Source: Clostridia bacterium (GTDB lineage Bacteria > Bacillota > Clostridia > Christensenellales > Borkfalkiaceae). From it: a stretch of 64,000 nt of DNA. A program made the translations under genes and the position numbers. A model generated the notes under the pieces. It did no database searches. It was not told the DNA's origin and saw nothing but the letters and a program-made list of their open reading frames with translations. Location of the stretch: NCBI GenBank assembly GCA_024405475.1, contig JAKSOS010000001.1, forward strand, positions 11,064 to 75,063. The letters run 5' to 3'. This document shows, piece after piece, positions 17,673-25,323 of this stretch; within the stretch, counting starts at the first letter, position 1, and every line of letters begins with the position of its first letter.

Positions 17673-19052
17673 TTATTTCTTTTGATATATCATTTGTTCC
17701 GGATGGAATACTTCATCAAACTTTTCAGCAGTTAAGAAACCTAATTCTACGCACGCTTCTTTTAATGAGATATTATCCTTATGCGCTTTCTTTGCTGTCT
17801 TTGCGGCATTTTCATAACCGATATACGGATTGAGTGCCGTAACAAGCATTAAGGAATTATGAAGATTATGAGCCATTTTTTCTTTGTTTGCCTTAATCCC
17901 CGTTACGCAATTCTTTTCAAACGAAGTTATTCCGTCGGCGAGCAATCTTACCGATTGCAAGAAGTTATAAATAATAACCGGCATAAATACGTTTAATTCA
18001 AAGTTGCCTTGTGATGCGCCGAGTCCAACTGCCGTATCGTTAGCGATAACTTGAACGGCAACCATCGTCATTGATTCGCATTGAGTCGGATTAACTTTAC
18101 CCGGCATTATTGAACTACCCGGTTCGTTTTCAGGAATAAAGATTTCTCCAAGTCCATCACGAGGTCCTGATGCCAACCATCTTATATCGTTTGCGATTTT
18201 CATTAAGTTGCAAGCGAGTGCTTTTAATGCGCCGTGTGCAAATACCAAATCGTCTTTACTCGTTAAAGCGTGGAATTTATTTTCCGCCGTCTTAAACTCT
18301 TTACCGGTAATAACCGAAACTTGTTTTGCAACCTCTTCGGCAAAACCGATAGGAGCGTTTAAGCCAGTTCCTACTGCCGTTCCACCAAGTGCTAATTCAT
18401 TTAAGCCGTGGAGCGAATAAGAAATTTCTTCCTTGTTTTTTTCTATCATTGAACGCCAACCGCTAATCTCTTGCGAAAATCCGATAGGGACTGCGTCTTG
18501 AAGGTGCGTTCTACCACTTTTTACTACTCCTTCGTTTTCTTTTTCCAAACGACGGAAAGTAGCGATAATTTTATCCATTGCAGGCAATAATTTGTCTTCT
18601 ATTTCAACGACTGCCGCAATGTGCATTGCCGTTGGAAAAGTATCGTTAGATGATTGACTCTTATTTACGTCGTCATTTGGGTGAAGAAGTTTCTTTCCCG
18701 CAATTTCGTTGCCACGGTTTGCTACGACTTCGTTAACGTTCATATTAGATTGAGTGCCACTTCCCGTTTGCCATACTGCAAGTGGGAATTGACGACCGTT
18801 ATGAATACCTGAAATTATTTCGTCGCAAACTTCACAAATGATTTTCTTTTTTTCTTCGTCAATCTTTCCGAGATTGTAATTTGCGATTACCGCCGCCTTT
18901 TTCAAAATACCAAATGCCTTGATAACTTCAAGTGGTATTTTTTCCGTGCTTATCTGAAAGTTCTCATAACTTCTTTGAGTTTGTGCTCCCCAGTATCTGT
19001 CAACCGGAACTTTCATTTCTCCCATTGTGTCTTTTTCTATACGATACTCCAT
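17673..19052 (-). CDS. fumC: Class II fumarate hydratase
   Basis: 459 aa with the fumarate lyase signature GSSIMPGKVNPTQCE and a typical N-terminus MEYRIEKDTMGEMKVP. Confidence 0.95.
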   Translation of the reverse strand: MEYRIEKDTMGEMKVPVDRYWGAQTQRSYENFQISTEKIPLEVIKAFGILKKAAVIANYNLGKIDEEKKKIICEVCDEIISGIHNGRQFPLAVWQTGSGTQSNMNVNEVVANRGNEIAGKKLLHPNDDVNKSQSSNDTFPTAMHIAAVVEIEDKLLPAMDKIIATFRRLEKENEGVVKSGRTHLQDAVPIGFSQEISGWRSMIEKNKEEISYSLHGLNELALGGTAVGTGLNAPIGFAEEVAKQVSVITGKEFKTAENKFHALTSKDDLVFAHGALKALACNLMKIANDIRWLASGPRDGLGEIFIPENEPGSSIMPGKVNPTQCESMTMVAVQVIANDTAVGLGASQGNFELNVFMPVIIYNFLQSVRLLADGITSFEKNCVTGIKANKEKMAHNLHNSLMLVTALNPYIGYENAAKTAKKAHKDNISLKEACVELGFLTAEKFDEVFHPEQMIYQKK

Positions 19053-19069
19053 TTTTAATTTCTCCTAAA

Positions 19070-20011
19070 TTAGAAATTGATACTTGAAATAACTGTTTTA
19101 AGTGCTTCTGCAGAAGCTTGCATCTTCTTTACTTCTTCGTCAGAAAGTTTTTGTGCAACCGTTGACTTTAATCCGTTCTTACCGATAAGTGCCAACGTGC
19201 TTAAACATACATCTTTGATTCCGTATTCGCCTTCCATCAACGTTGATAAAGGAAGTACCGTTTCGCTTTCACCTTGTAAACACTTTAATATGTACATAAC
19301 TGAAGTTGCGATTCCGTAAACGGTGCAACCTTTCTTTGCGATAATCGTACCGCCTGATTTTTTAACGTATTCTTCTGCTTCTTCGTGTGTGTATGACTTA
19401 AAGTCAACGTTCTTTGCAGTGATGTCTTCAACGTATTCGTTGAGTGGAACGCCACCGATTGTTGCTGTTGACCAAGAAACGAAAGAACTGTCTCCATGTT
19501 CACCTAAAACGTTTGCATAAACTTGACTTTGATTTACTTTGTAGCATTCAGAAAGCATCGTGCGAAGTCTTATCGTATCTAAAAGTGTACCCGTGCCAAC
19601 TACTTGAGTTTTTGGTAAACCCGTAAACTTGATAAACGCATAAGTTAAAACGTCAACTGGGTTTGCTACTAATAAATAAAATGCCTTTGGAGCATACTTA
19701 ACGATTTCAGAAGAAACCGCTTTTAATATGTTTACATTTATTTGCGCCAACTCTAATCTCGTTTGACCAGGTTTTCTGCCAACACCAGAAGAAATTACAA
19801 CGACGTCAGAATCAACTGCGTCTGCATATTCTCCTGCTCTAACTTTGCTGTTAAAAAGCAATGGGGTTGCTTGAACCATATCTAACGCTTCGCCAGAAGC
19901 TTTGTCTTTGTTGACATCAATCAATACAATTTCTGAAGCGGCATTTGCTGCTAAAATTGCATACGCTGTTGTTGCACCTACTGCACCGGCACCAATAATT
20001 GTTACTTTCAT
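19070..20011 (-). CDS. mdh: LDH-like malate dehydrogenase (Arg at the substrate-discriminating position)
   Basis: Rossmann motif IIGAGAVG and catalytic GEHGDS. The loop reads GVGRKPGQTR, with Arg (codon at 19775-19777) where L-lactate dehydrogenases have Gln. The operon also contains fumC. Confidence 0.8.
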   Translation of the reverse strand: MKVTIIGAGAVGATTAYAILAANAASEIVLIDVNKDKASGEALDMVQATPLLFNSKVRAGEYADAVDSDVVVISSGVGRKPGQTRLELAQINVNILKAVSSEIVKYAPKAFYLLVANPVDVLTYAFIKFTGLPKTQVVGTGTLLDTIRLRTMLSECYKVNQSQVYANVLGEHGDSSFVSWSTATIGGVPLNEYVEDITAKNVDFKSYTHEEAEEYVKKSGGTIIAKKGCTVYGIATSVMYILKCLQGESETVLPLSTLMEGEYGIKDVCLSTLALIGKNGLKSTVAQKLSDEEVKKMQASAEALKTVISSINF

Positions 20012-20061
20012 TTTTTATTTCTCCTTTTTTACTTATAATTTTCCATTTTTATATTTTTTCT

Positions 20062-20091
20062 ATTATATCAATTTTGTGCTTTTTTTGTCAA
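20062..20091 (-). promoter_or_regulatory. Near-consensus SigA promoter for the mdh-fumC-hdr-flx-frd operon
   Basis: On the minus strand: TTGACA (20086-20091), 18-nt spacer, TGaTATAAT extended -10 (20062-20067 plus TG). It lies about 50 nt upstream of mdh, which has an AAGGAG SD. Confidence 0.65.
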
Positions 20092-20150
20092 TTTTTTGTG
20101 CTTAGAAAACAAACATTTTTCAGATATTTTCTAATTCTTTTTTATTGTAT

Positions 20151-20179
20151 AAAAAAATGCTTACAAACTTGTAAGCATT
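20151..20179 (-). terminator. Rho-independent terminator after nfnB
   Basis: Stem aatgcttacaa/ttgtaagcatt followed on the minus strand by a 7-T run, just downstream of the nfnB stop. Confidence 0.75.
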
Positions 20180-20191
20180 TCACATTTTTTG

Positions 20192-21586
20192 TTATTTAGT
20201 TTCAGTCTTATTAAGCAATTTAGCGTCTATTGCTTTAGCAGCGGTTTTACCTGCACCCATTGCAAGAATTACTGTTGCAGCGCCCGTCACGGCATCTCCG
20301 CCGGCATAAACGTAATCAACCGAAGTTTTACCGTTTTCGTCAACGATAATTCCACCGTGATTATTGACTTCTAATCCGTTAGTTGTATTTTTAATAAGCG
20401 GATTCGGTGAAGTACCCAAAGCCATAATCACAACGTCTGCTTCTATATCAAACTCACTGCCGTTGACGACGACAGGGCTTCTTCTACCCGAAGCGTCCGG
20501 TTCACCGAGTTCCATTTTAACGCAAGTAATAGATTTAACCCAACCCTTTTCATCTGCATTGATTCTGACAGGATTAGTCAAAAAATTAAATACGATTCCT
20601 TCTTCTTCTGCATGAAGCACTTCTTCTTTTCTTGCAGGAAGTTCGTTTTTGGTTCTTCTATACACGATAGAAACGTCTCCACCTAATCTGAGTGCCGAGC
20701 GTGCTGCGTCCATAGCGACGTTTCCACCACCTACTACGACAATCTTTTTGCCCCTTTTAATAGGTGTTGAAGAATCTTCTTTATACGCTTTCATTAAATT
20801 GATACGGGTTAAAAACTCGTTTGCAGAGTAAACGCCGTTCTTATTTTCGCCTTCAATATTCATAAACTTCGGAAGCCCTGCACCCGTACCGATAAATACG
20901 GCTTTAAAGCCTTCTTTATAAAGCTCTTCTATTGATAAAACTTTGCCTATTACCATATCCTTTTCAAACTTTACGCCAAGCGTTTGCAAGTTTTCAATTT
21001 CCTTTTCAACGATTGCCTTTGGAAGTCTGAATTCAGGAATACCGTAAGACAAAACTCCACCTGCAATATGAAAGGCTTCAAATACGGTAACACTGTATCC
21101 TTTTTTTGCTAGGTCGCCTGCGCAAGTTAACCCCGAAGGTCCACTTCCGACAACGGCAACTTTTATTCCGTTTTGTTTTATATCTATTTTTTCTACTTTT
21201 GAATTTGCATTATGTAAATCTGCAACAAACCTTTCAAGCCTACCTATACCGACAGGATCGCCCTTTATTCCACGAATACAATATTTTTCACATTGAGATT
21301 CTTGTGGGCATACTCTACCGCAAACGGCAGGTAGAGAAGACGTTTCGCTTATTATCTGATAAGCACCTTCAAAATCTCCTTCTCTTATTTTAGCGATAAA
21401 GTCAGGTATTTTTACCATTACCGGACAACCGTTCATACACGGCTTATTTTTACAATTTAAACATCTTTCTGCTTCCGATAAAGCTTGCTCTTTTGAATAG
21501 CCCAAAGCAACTTCGTTAAAGTTTTTATTTCTTACGTTTGCCTCTTGTACAGGCATCTCGTTCTTTTGTAAAGACATATTTGGCAT
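20192..21586 (-). CDS. nfnB: NfnB / GltD-like NADPH-dependent FAD and 2x[4Fe-4S] oxidoreductase subunit
   Basis: 464 aa. N-terminal CLNCKNKPC...GCPV and CGRVCPQESQCEKYC. Two dinucleotide folds (VAVVGSGPSGL, VVVGGGNVAMD). Paired with a PyrK-like small subunit rather than GltB. Confidence 0.8.
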   Translation of the reverse strand: MPNMSLQKNEMPVQEANVRNKNFNEVALGYSKEQALSEAERCLNCKNKPCMNGCPVMVKIPDFIAKIREGDFEGAYQIISETSSLPAVCGRVCPQESQCEKYCIRGIKGDPVGIGRLERFVADLHNANSKVEKIDIKQNGIKVAVVGSGPSGLTCAGDLAKKGYSVTVFEAFHIAGGVLSYGIPEFRLPKAIVEKEIENLQTLGVKFEKDMVIGKVLSIEELYKEGFKAVFIGTGAGLPKFMNIEGENKNGVYSANEFLTRINLMKAYKEDSSTPIKRGKKIVVVGGGNVAMDAARSALRLGGDVSIVYRRTKNELPARKEEVLHAEEEGIVFNFLTNPVRINADEKGWVKSITCVKMELGEPDASGRRSPVVVNGSEFDIEADVVIMALGTSPNPLIKNTTNGLEVNNHGGIIVDENGKTSVDYVYAGGDAVTGAATVILAMGAGKTAAKAIDAKLLNKTETK

Positions 21587-21597
21587 ACCTTTCCCTC

Positions 21598-22434
21598 CTA
21601 CGCTTTCTTGAAAAGATTACAAGTCTCTTCGTACTTGTGTCTTTCCCATTCTTTGTACATAGCGCCACGGCTCATTGCTTCGTCAAAATCAACAAGGTGT
21701 CCGTCAAAATCAGGTCCGTCCACACAAGCAAATTTGGTTTTTCCGCCAACCGTCAATCTACATCCGCCACACATTCCTGTGCCGTCTATCATAATAGGAT
21801 TCATACTTATAATCGTTTTGACGTTGTATTGCTTTGTTAAAGCGCAAACGAATTTCATCATTATAACTGGTCCTATCGCAATAACTTCGTCGTAATTTTC
21901 ACCGTTTTCTATAAGAGTTTTAAGTGCGTCGGTTACTAAACCTTTTTCGCCTGCACTTCCGTCATCACTCATTAAAATAAACTTATCGGAAACAGCCTTA
22001 AATTCGTCTTCTAAAATTACCAAATCTTTATTTCTGAAACCTGCTATCGTATGAACGGTAGCACCGAGATTATGCAATTTTTTTGCAATAGGATAAGCGA
22101 TAGCGCTACCGACACCACCGCCGATAATTGCCACCTTTTTTAAGCCTTCCGTTTCGGTAGGATTGCCAAGCGGACCTACAAAGTCTGCTAAACAATCTCC
22201 CTTCTTTAATTGATTGAGAGTAAACGTCGTTGCTCCCACGATTTGGAAAATGATTTTAACGCTTCCCTTTTCTCTATCGTAATCGGCAACTGTAAGCGGA
22301 ATCCTTTCTCCGTCTTCAATTGCTCTTACTATTACGAATTGACCTGCTTCAGCTTTTTTAGCGACAAGTGGAGCGTAAACTTCAATTTCGCTAACTGTTG
22401 GATTTAATTCTCTTTTACTTATAATTTCAAACAT
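21598..22434 (-). CDS. nfnA: NfnA / sulfide dehydrogenase-like FAD/NAD and [2Fe-2S] subunit
   Basis: 278 aa PyrK-like protein with the C-terminal motif MCGGCRLTVGGKTKFACVDGPDF. The gene lies directly upstream of nfnB. Confidence 0.8.
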   Translation of the reverse strand: MFEIISKRELNPTVSEIEVYAPLVAKKAEAGQFVIVRAIEDGERIPLTVADYDREKGSVKIIFQIVGATTFTLNQLKKGDCLADFVGPLGNPTETEGLKKVAIIGGGVGSAIAYPIAKKLHNLGATVHTIAGFRNKDLVILEDEFKAVSDKFILMSDDGSAGEKGLVTDALKTLIENGENYDEVIAIGPVIMMKFVCALTKQYNVKTIISMNPIMIDGTGMCGGCRLTVGGKTKFACVDGPDFDGHLVDFDEAMSRGAMYKEWERHKYEETCNLFKKA

Positions 22435-22436
22435 AA

Positions 22437-24536
22437 TTAATACTTCACACTATATAATATATCTTCATAGCTAGGGAAAGAACAAAAATCTCTGCCTATA
22501 ATAAGTTCCATTTCGTCTGCAACTTCTCTTACCTTTTTCATATCCAAAAGCAACGTGTCTTTGCAATATTTTGCTTTTAAAAGCGAAGTCTTTTTGCTAC
22601 TGATTTTTTCCGTATCTAAAACGAGTTTATCAAGTCTTACAGAATATTCGTCAGATAATTTACTTATCTTTTCAATCAAGCCTTTTTCTAACTTGCACGT
22701 AAGTTTTCCGTTGACTTTTTTCTTCTTTTCGTATTCCTTACACAAAAAAGCTTGATATGCAATGATAGAAGGCGTTATTTCCCTTCTTGCCATATCAATA
22801 GCCGTAAGTGCTTCTATATGAACGATATTTGCGTAGTTTTCAAGTAAAATTTCCGTTCTTGAACGAATTTCGCTTTCAGACAAGACACCGTGCTTAACAA
22901 ACATTTTAATATTCTTTTCGTCAGTATATTTAGGGAGTGCATCTACGGTAGTTCTTAAATTGAGTAAACCCCTTTTCTTTGCTTCTTCTTCCCACTCTTT
23001 TGTATAACTGTTGCCGGAATAAATAATTCTCTTATGCTTTATTATAGTTTCTTTAATAAGTTTATTGAGCGCCTTATTAAAGTCGGTTGCCTTTTCTAAT
23101 TCGTCTGCAAACTTTGAAAGTTCTTCTGCTACTATCGTATTGATAATAAATACGGGGCAAGCGATATTTGCCGAAGAACCTACCATACGGAATTCAAACT
23201 TATTTCCCGTAAACGCAAACGGAGAAGTTCTGTTCCTATCGGTTGTGTCTTTTGGAATAGGTGGCAATACCGAAACGCCGATTTTAAGCATCGTCTTTTT
23301 TGCTCCCGAGTATTCAGCGCCCTTTTCTATTGACTTTAAGATAGAATCTAATTCGTCGCCAAGATAAATTGAAATTATAGAAGGCGGTGCTTCTTTTTCA
23401 CCGAGTCTATAATCGTTTGATGCAGTCGCAACGCTTATACGCAATAAATCTTGATATTCGTCAACGGCTTTAATAACTGCCGAAAGGAATAACAAAAATC
23501 TTGCGTTCTTATTAGGCGTTTCACCGGGTTCTAAAAGGTTTTCACCTTTATCAGTCATAAGCGACCAGTTTACGTGCTTGCCACTTCCGTTTACAGATGC
23601 AAACGGTTTTTCGGAAAGCAAACATACTAAACCTAATTTGTTTGCAACGCTTTTCATTATTTCCATTGTCAACTGATTGTGGTCGGTTGCAAGATTTGCA
23701 TTAGTATAAAAAGACGCTAATTCGTGTTGAGAAGGTGCGACCTCGTTATGTTCGGTTTTTGCATAAACACCGAGTTTCCAAAGTTCTTCGTCAACTTCCT
23801 TCATAAAGAGAGCGACCTTTGATTTGATAGCACCGTAATAATGATCTTCTAACTCTTGACCTTTTGAAGGGCGTGCGCCAAACAAAGTTCTATTACAATG
23901 AATTAAGTCTATCCTTCTTTCATAAACTTCTTTTTCAATTAAAAAATATTCTTGTTCTGCGCCTACCATTGCACTTACTTGTTTAGAATTATCTCCAAAC
24001 AATTTTAGCAATCTTAACGCTTGCCTATTTAACGCTTCGGTTGAACGCAAAAGCGGAGTCTTCTTATCTAACGCTTCGCCACCGTAAGAACAAAATGCCG
24101 TGGGGATATAAAGAGTTCCGTCTTTAACAAAAGCGTATGACGTTGGATCCCACGCTGTATAACCACGTGCTTCAAACGTTGCACGAAGTCCACCCGATGG
24201 AAAACTTGACGCATCCGATTCGCCCTTAAACAAAGACTTTTCGGAAAACTTCATAATAGCTTCTCCGTCGCCATTAGGTTCAATAAAACCTTCGTGCTTT
24301 TCGGCTGTGATACCTGTCATAGGTTGGAACCAGTGCGTATAATGAGTTGCACCCTTTTCTATTGCCCACTCTTTCATAGCGTTGGCAATTTCCTTTGCAT
24401 ACTCTTTTGAAAGCGGTTTGCTTTCCTTTACGGCATCTTTAACAGAATTATAGGCGTTTTTTGATAATCTTTCTTGCATAACTTTATCGTTAAACACCAT
24501 TGAGCCAAAAATATTTGGAATACTATTTACTTCCAT
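22437..24536 (-). CDS. glnN: Type III glutamine synthetase
   Basis: 699-aa length typical of GS-III. Blocks include HYTHWFQP, TAFCSYGGEALDKKTPLLRS, EQEYFLI, HNEVAPSQHE and GSGKHVNWS. Confidence 0.9.
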   Translation of the reverse strand: MEVNSIPNIFGSMVFNDKVMQERLSKNAYNSVKDAVKESKPLSKEYAKEIANAMKEWAIEKGATHYTHWFQPMTGITAEKHEGFIEPNGDGEAIMKFSEKSLFKGESDASSFPSGGLRATFEARGYTAWDPTSYAFVKDGTLYIPTAFCSYGGEALDKKTPLLRSTEALNRQALRLLKLFGDNSKQVSAMVGAEQEYFLIEKEVYERRIDLIHCNRTLFGARPSKGQELEDHYYGAIKSKVALFMKEVDEELWKLGVYAKTEHNEVAPSQHELASFYTNANLATDHNQLTMEIMKSVANKLGLVCLLSEKPFASVNGSGKHVNWSLMTDKGENLLEPGETPNKNARFLLFLSAVIKAVDEYQDLLRISVATASNDYRLGEKEAPPSIISIYLGDELDSILKSIEKGAEYSGAKKTMLKIGVSVLPPIPKDTTDRNRTSPFAFTGNKFEFRMVGSSANIACPVFIINTIVAEELSKFADELEKATDFNKALNKLIKETIIKHKRIIYSGNSYTKEWEEEAKKRGLLNLRTTVDALPKYTDEKNIKMFVKHGVLSESEIRSRTEILLENYANIVHIEALTAIDMARREITPSIIAYQAFLCKEYEKKKKVNGKLTCKLEKGLIEKISKLSDEYSVRLDKLVLDTEKISSKKTSLLKAKYCKDTLLLDMKKVREVADEMELIIGRDFCSFPSYEDILYSVKY

Positions 24537-24660
24537 AAAAAAGACTACTCCTTGTAATTTTTAAGTTTATTTATTATTTTATCATTTATAATATAATTTT
24601 GTCAATACATTTATATGTTAAAATATAAGTAATTCTTTTAGTTAATCATTTTATATTTTA

Positions 24661-24689
24661 TTGACAAAAAAACAAAAAATAAATATAAT
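24661..24689 (+). promoter_or_regulatory. Consensus SigA promoter for the ygjV-like/guaA pair
   Basis: TTGACA (24661-24666), 17-nt spacer, TATAAT (24684-24689). It lies about 25 nt upstream of the GTG start, with a GAGG SD in between. Confidence 0.65.
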
Positions 24690-24713
24690 TACTTATGTGA
24701 TTGAGGTAAGACC

Positions 24714-25319
24714 GTGTGGGAATTTTTAACCGTTACTTTAGGCTTAAAACTTAATACGCCGTTAGAAATAGCAGGTCAATGCGTTGGACTTATCGCTTTA
24801 ATATTTGCAATTTCATCTTTTCAAATGAAAACGCAAAAAAAAATAAACGCTTTGCAATGTTGCGCTTCTGTCTTTTGGACGTTTAGTTATTTCTTTATAG
24901 GAAGTATCGTAGGTGCGTTATCCAACATTGTCGCAATATTCAGGGGTTTTGTTTATTCTAAAACTTATACAAAAAAATGGGCAGAACCATCTTACTGGTC
25001 TTATATTTTCAGTTTTGGATTTGTTATCGTTTATATTTTGAATTTCACAGTGTTTAAAAGCGAAGTTTCGTTTATAAACTTATTTAAGGAATCTTTACCT
25101 ATAATCGGTTCAATTATATTATGTTTCTCGCTTAGAATGAAAAAGGCAAAAACGGTTAGAATATTATTTTTCTGTTCTTCCCCTATGTGGCTTGTTTATA
25201 ACTACTGGGTTGGAAATATTTTTGCTACGATTGCAGAAATATCTTGCGAAGTATCTTCTATCGTTGGAATATTAAGATTAGATTTAAAAAAGAAAAACTC
25301 TATTGAAGAAGGAGAATAA
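24714..25319 (+). CDS. YgjV-family inner membrane protein
   Basis: 201-aa protein with multiple TM segments and the family-like block SSFQMKTQKKINALQ...FWTFSYFFIGSIVGALSNIVAIFRGF. Recognised from memory of the family, not searched. Confidence 0.5.
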   Translation: MWEFLTVTLGLKLNTPLEIAGQCVGLIALIFAISSFQMKTQKKINALQCCASVFWTFSYFFIGSIVGALSNIVAIFRGFVYSKTYTKKWAEPSYWSYIFSFGFVIVYILNFTVFKSEVSFINLFKESLPIIGSIILCFSLRMKKAKTVRILFFCSSPMWLVYNYWVGNIFATIAEISCEVSSIVGILRLDLKKKNSIEEGE

Positions 25320-25323
25320 AAAT

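Noticed and set aside
20192-21586. Calling the GltD-like protein the small subunit of a conventional glutamate synthase
   Set aside because: No GltB large subunit is adjacent. Its partner is a PyrK-like FAD/2Fe-2S protein, which is the NfnAB (SudAB) arrangement. The linkage to glnN is kept as a separate finding.
24537-24660. GlnR/TnrA box (TGTNAN7TNACA) or a glutamine riboswitch upstream of glnN
   Set aside because: The closest candidate (TGTTAAAATATAAGTA) lacks the second half-site. The leader is short and shows no conserved structured element that I could fold by eye.
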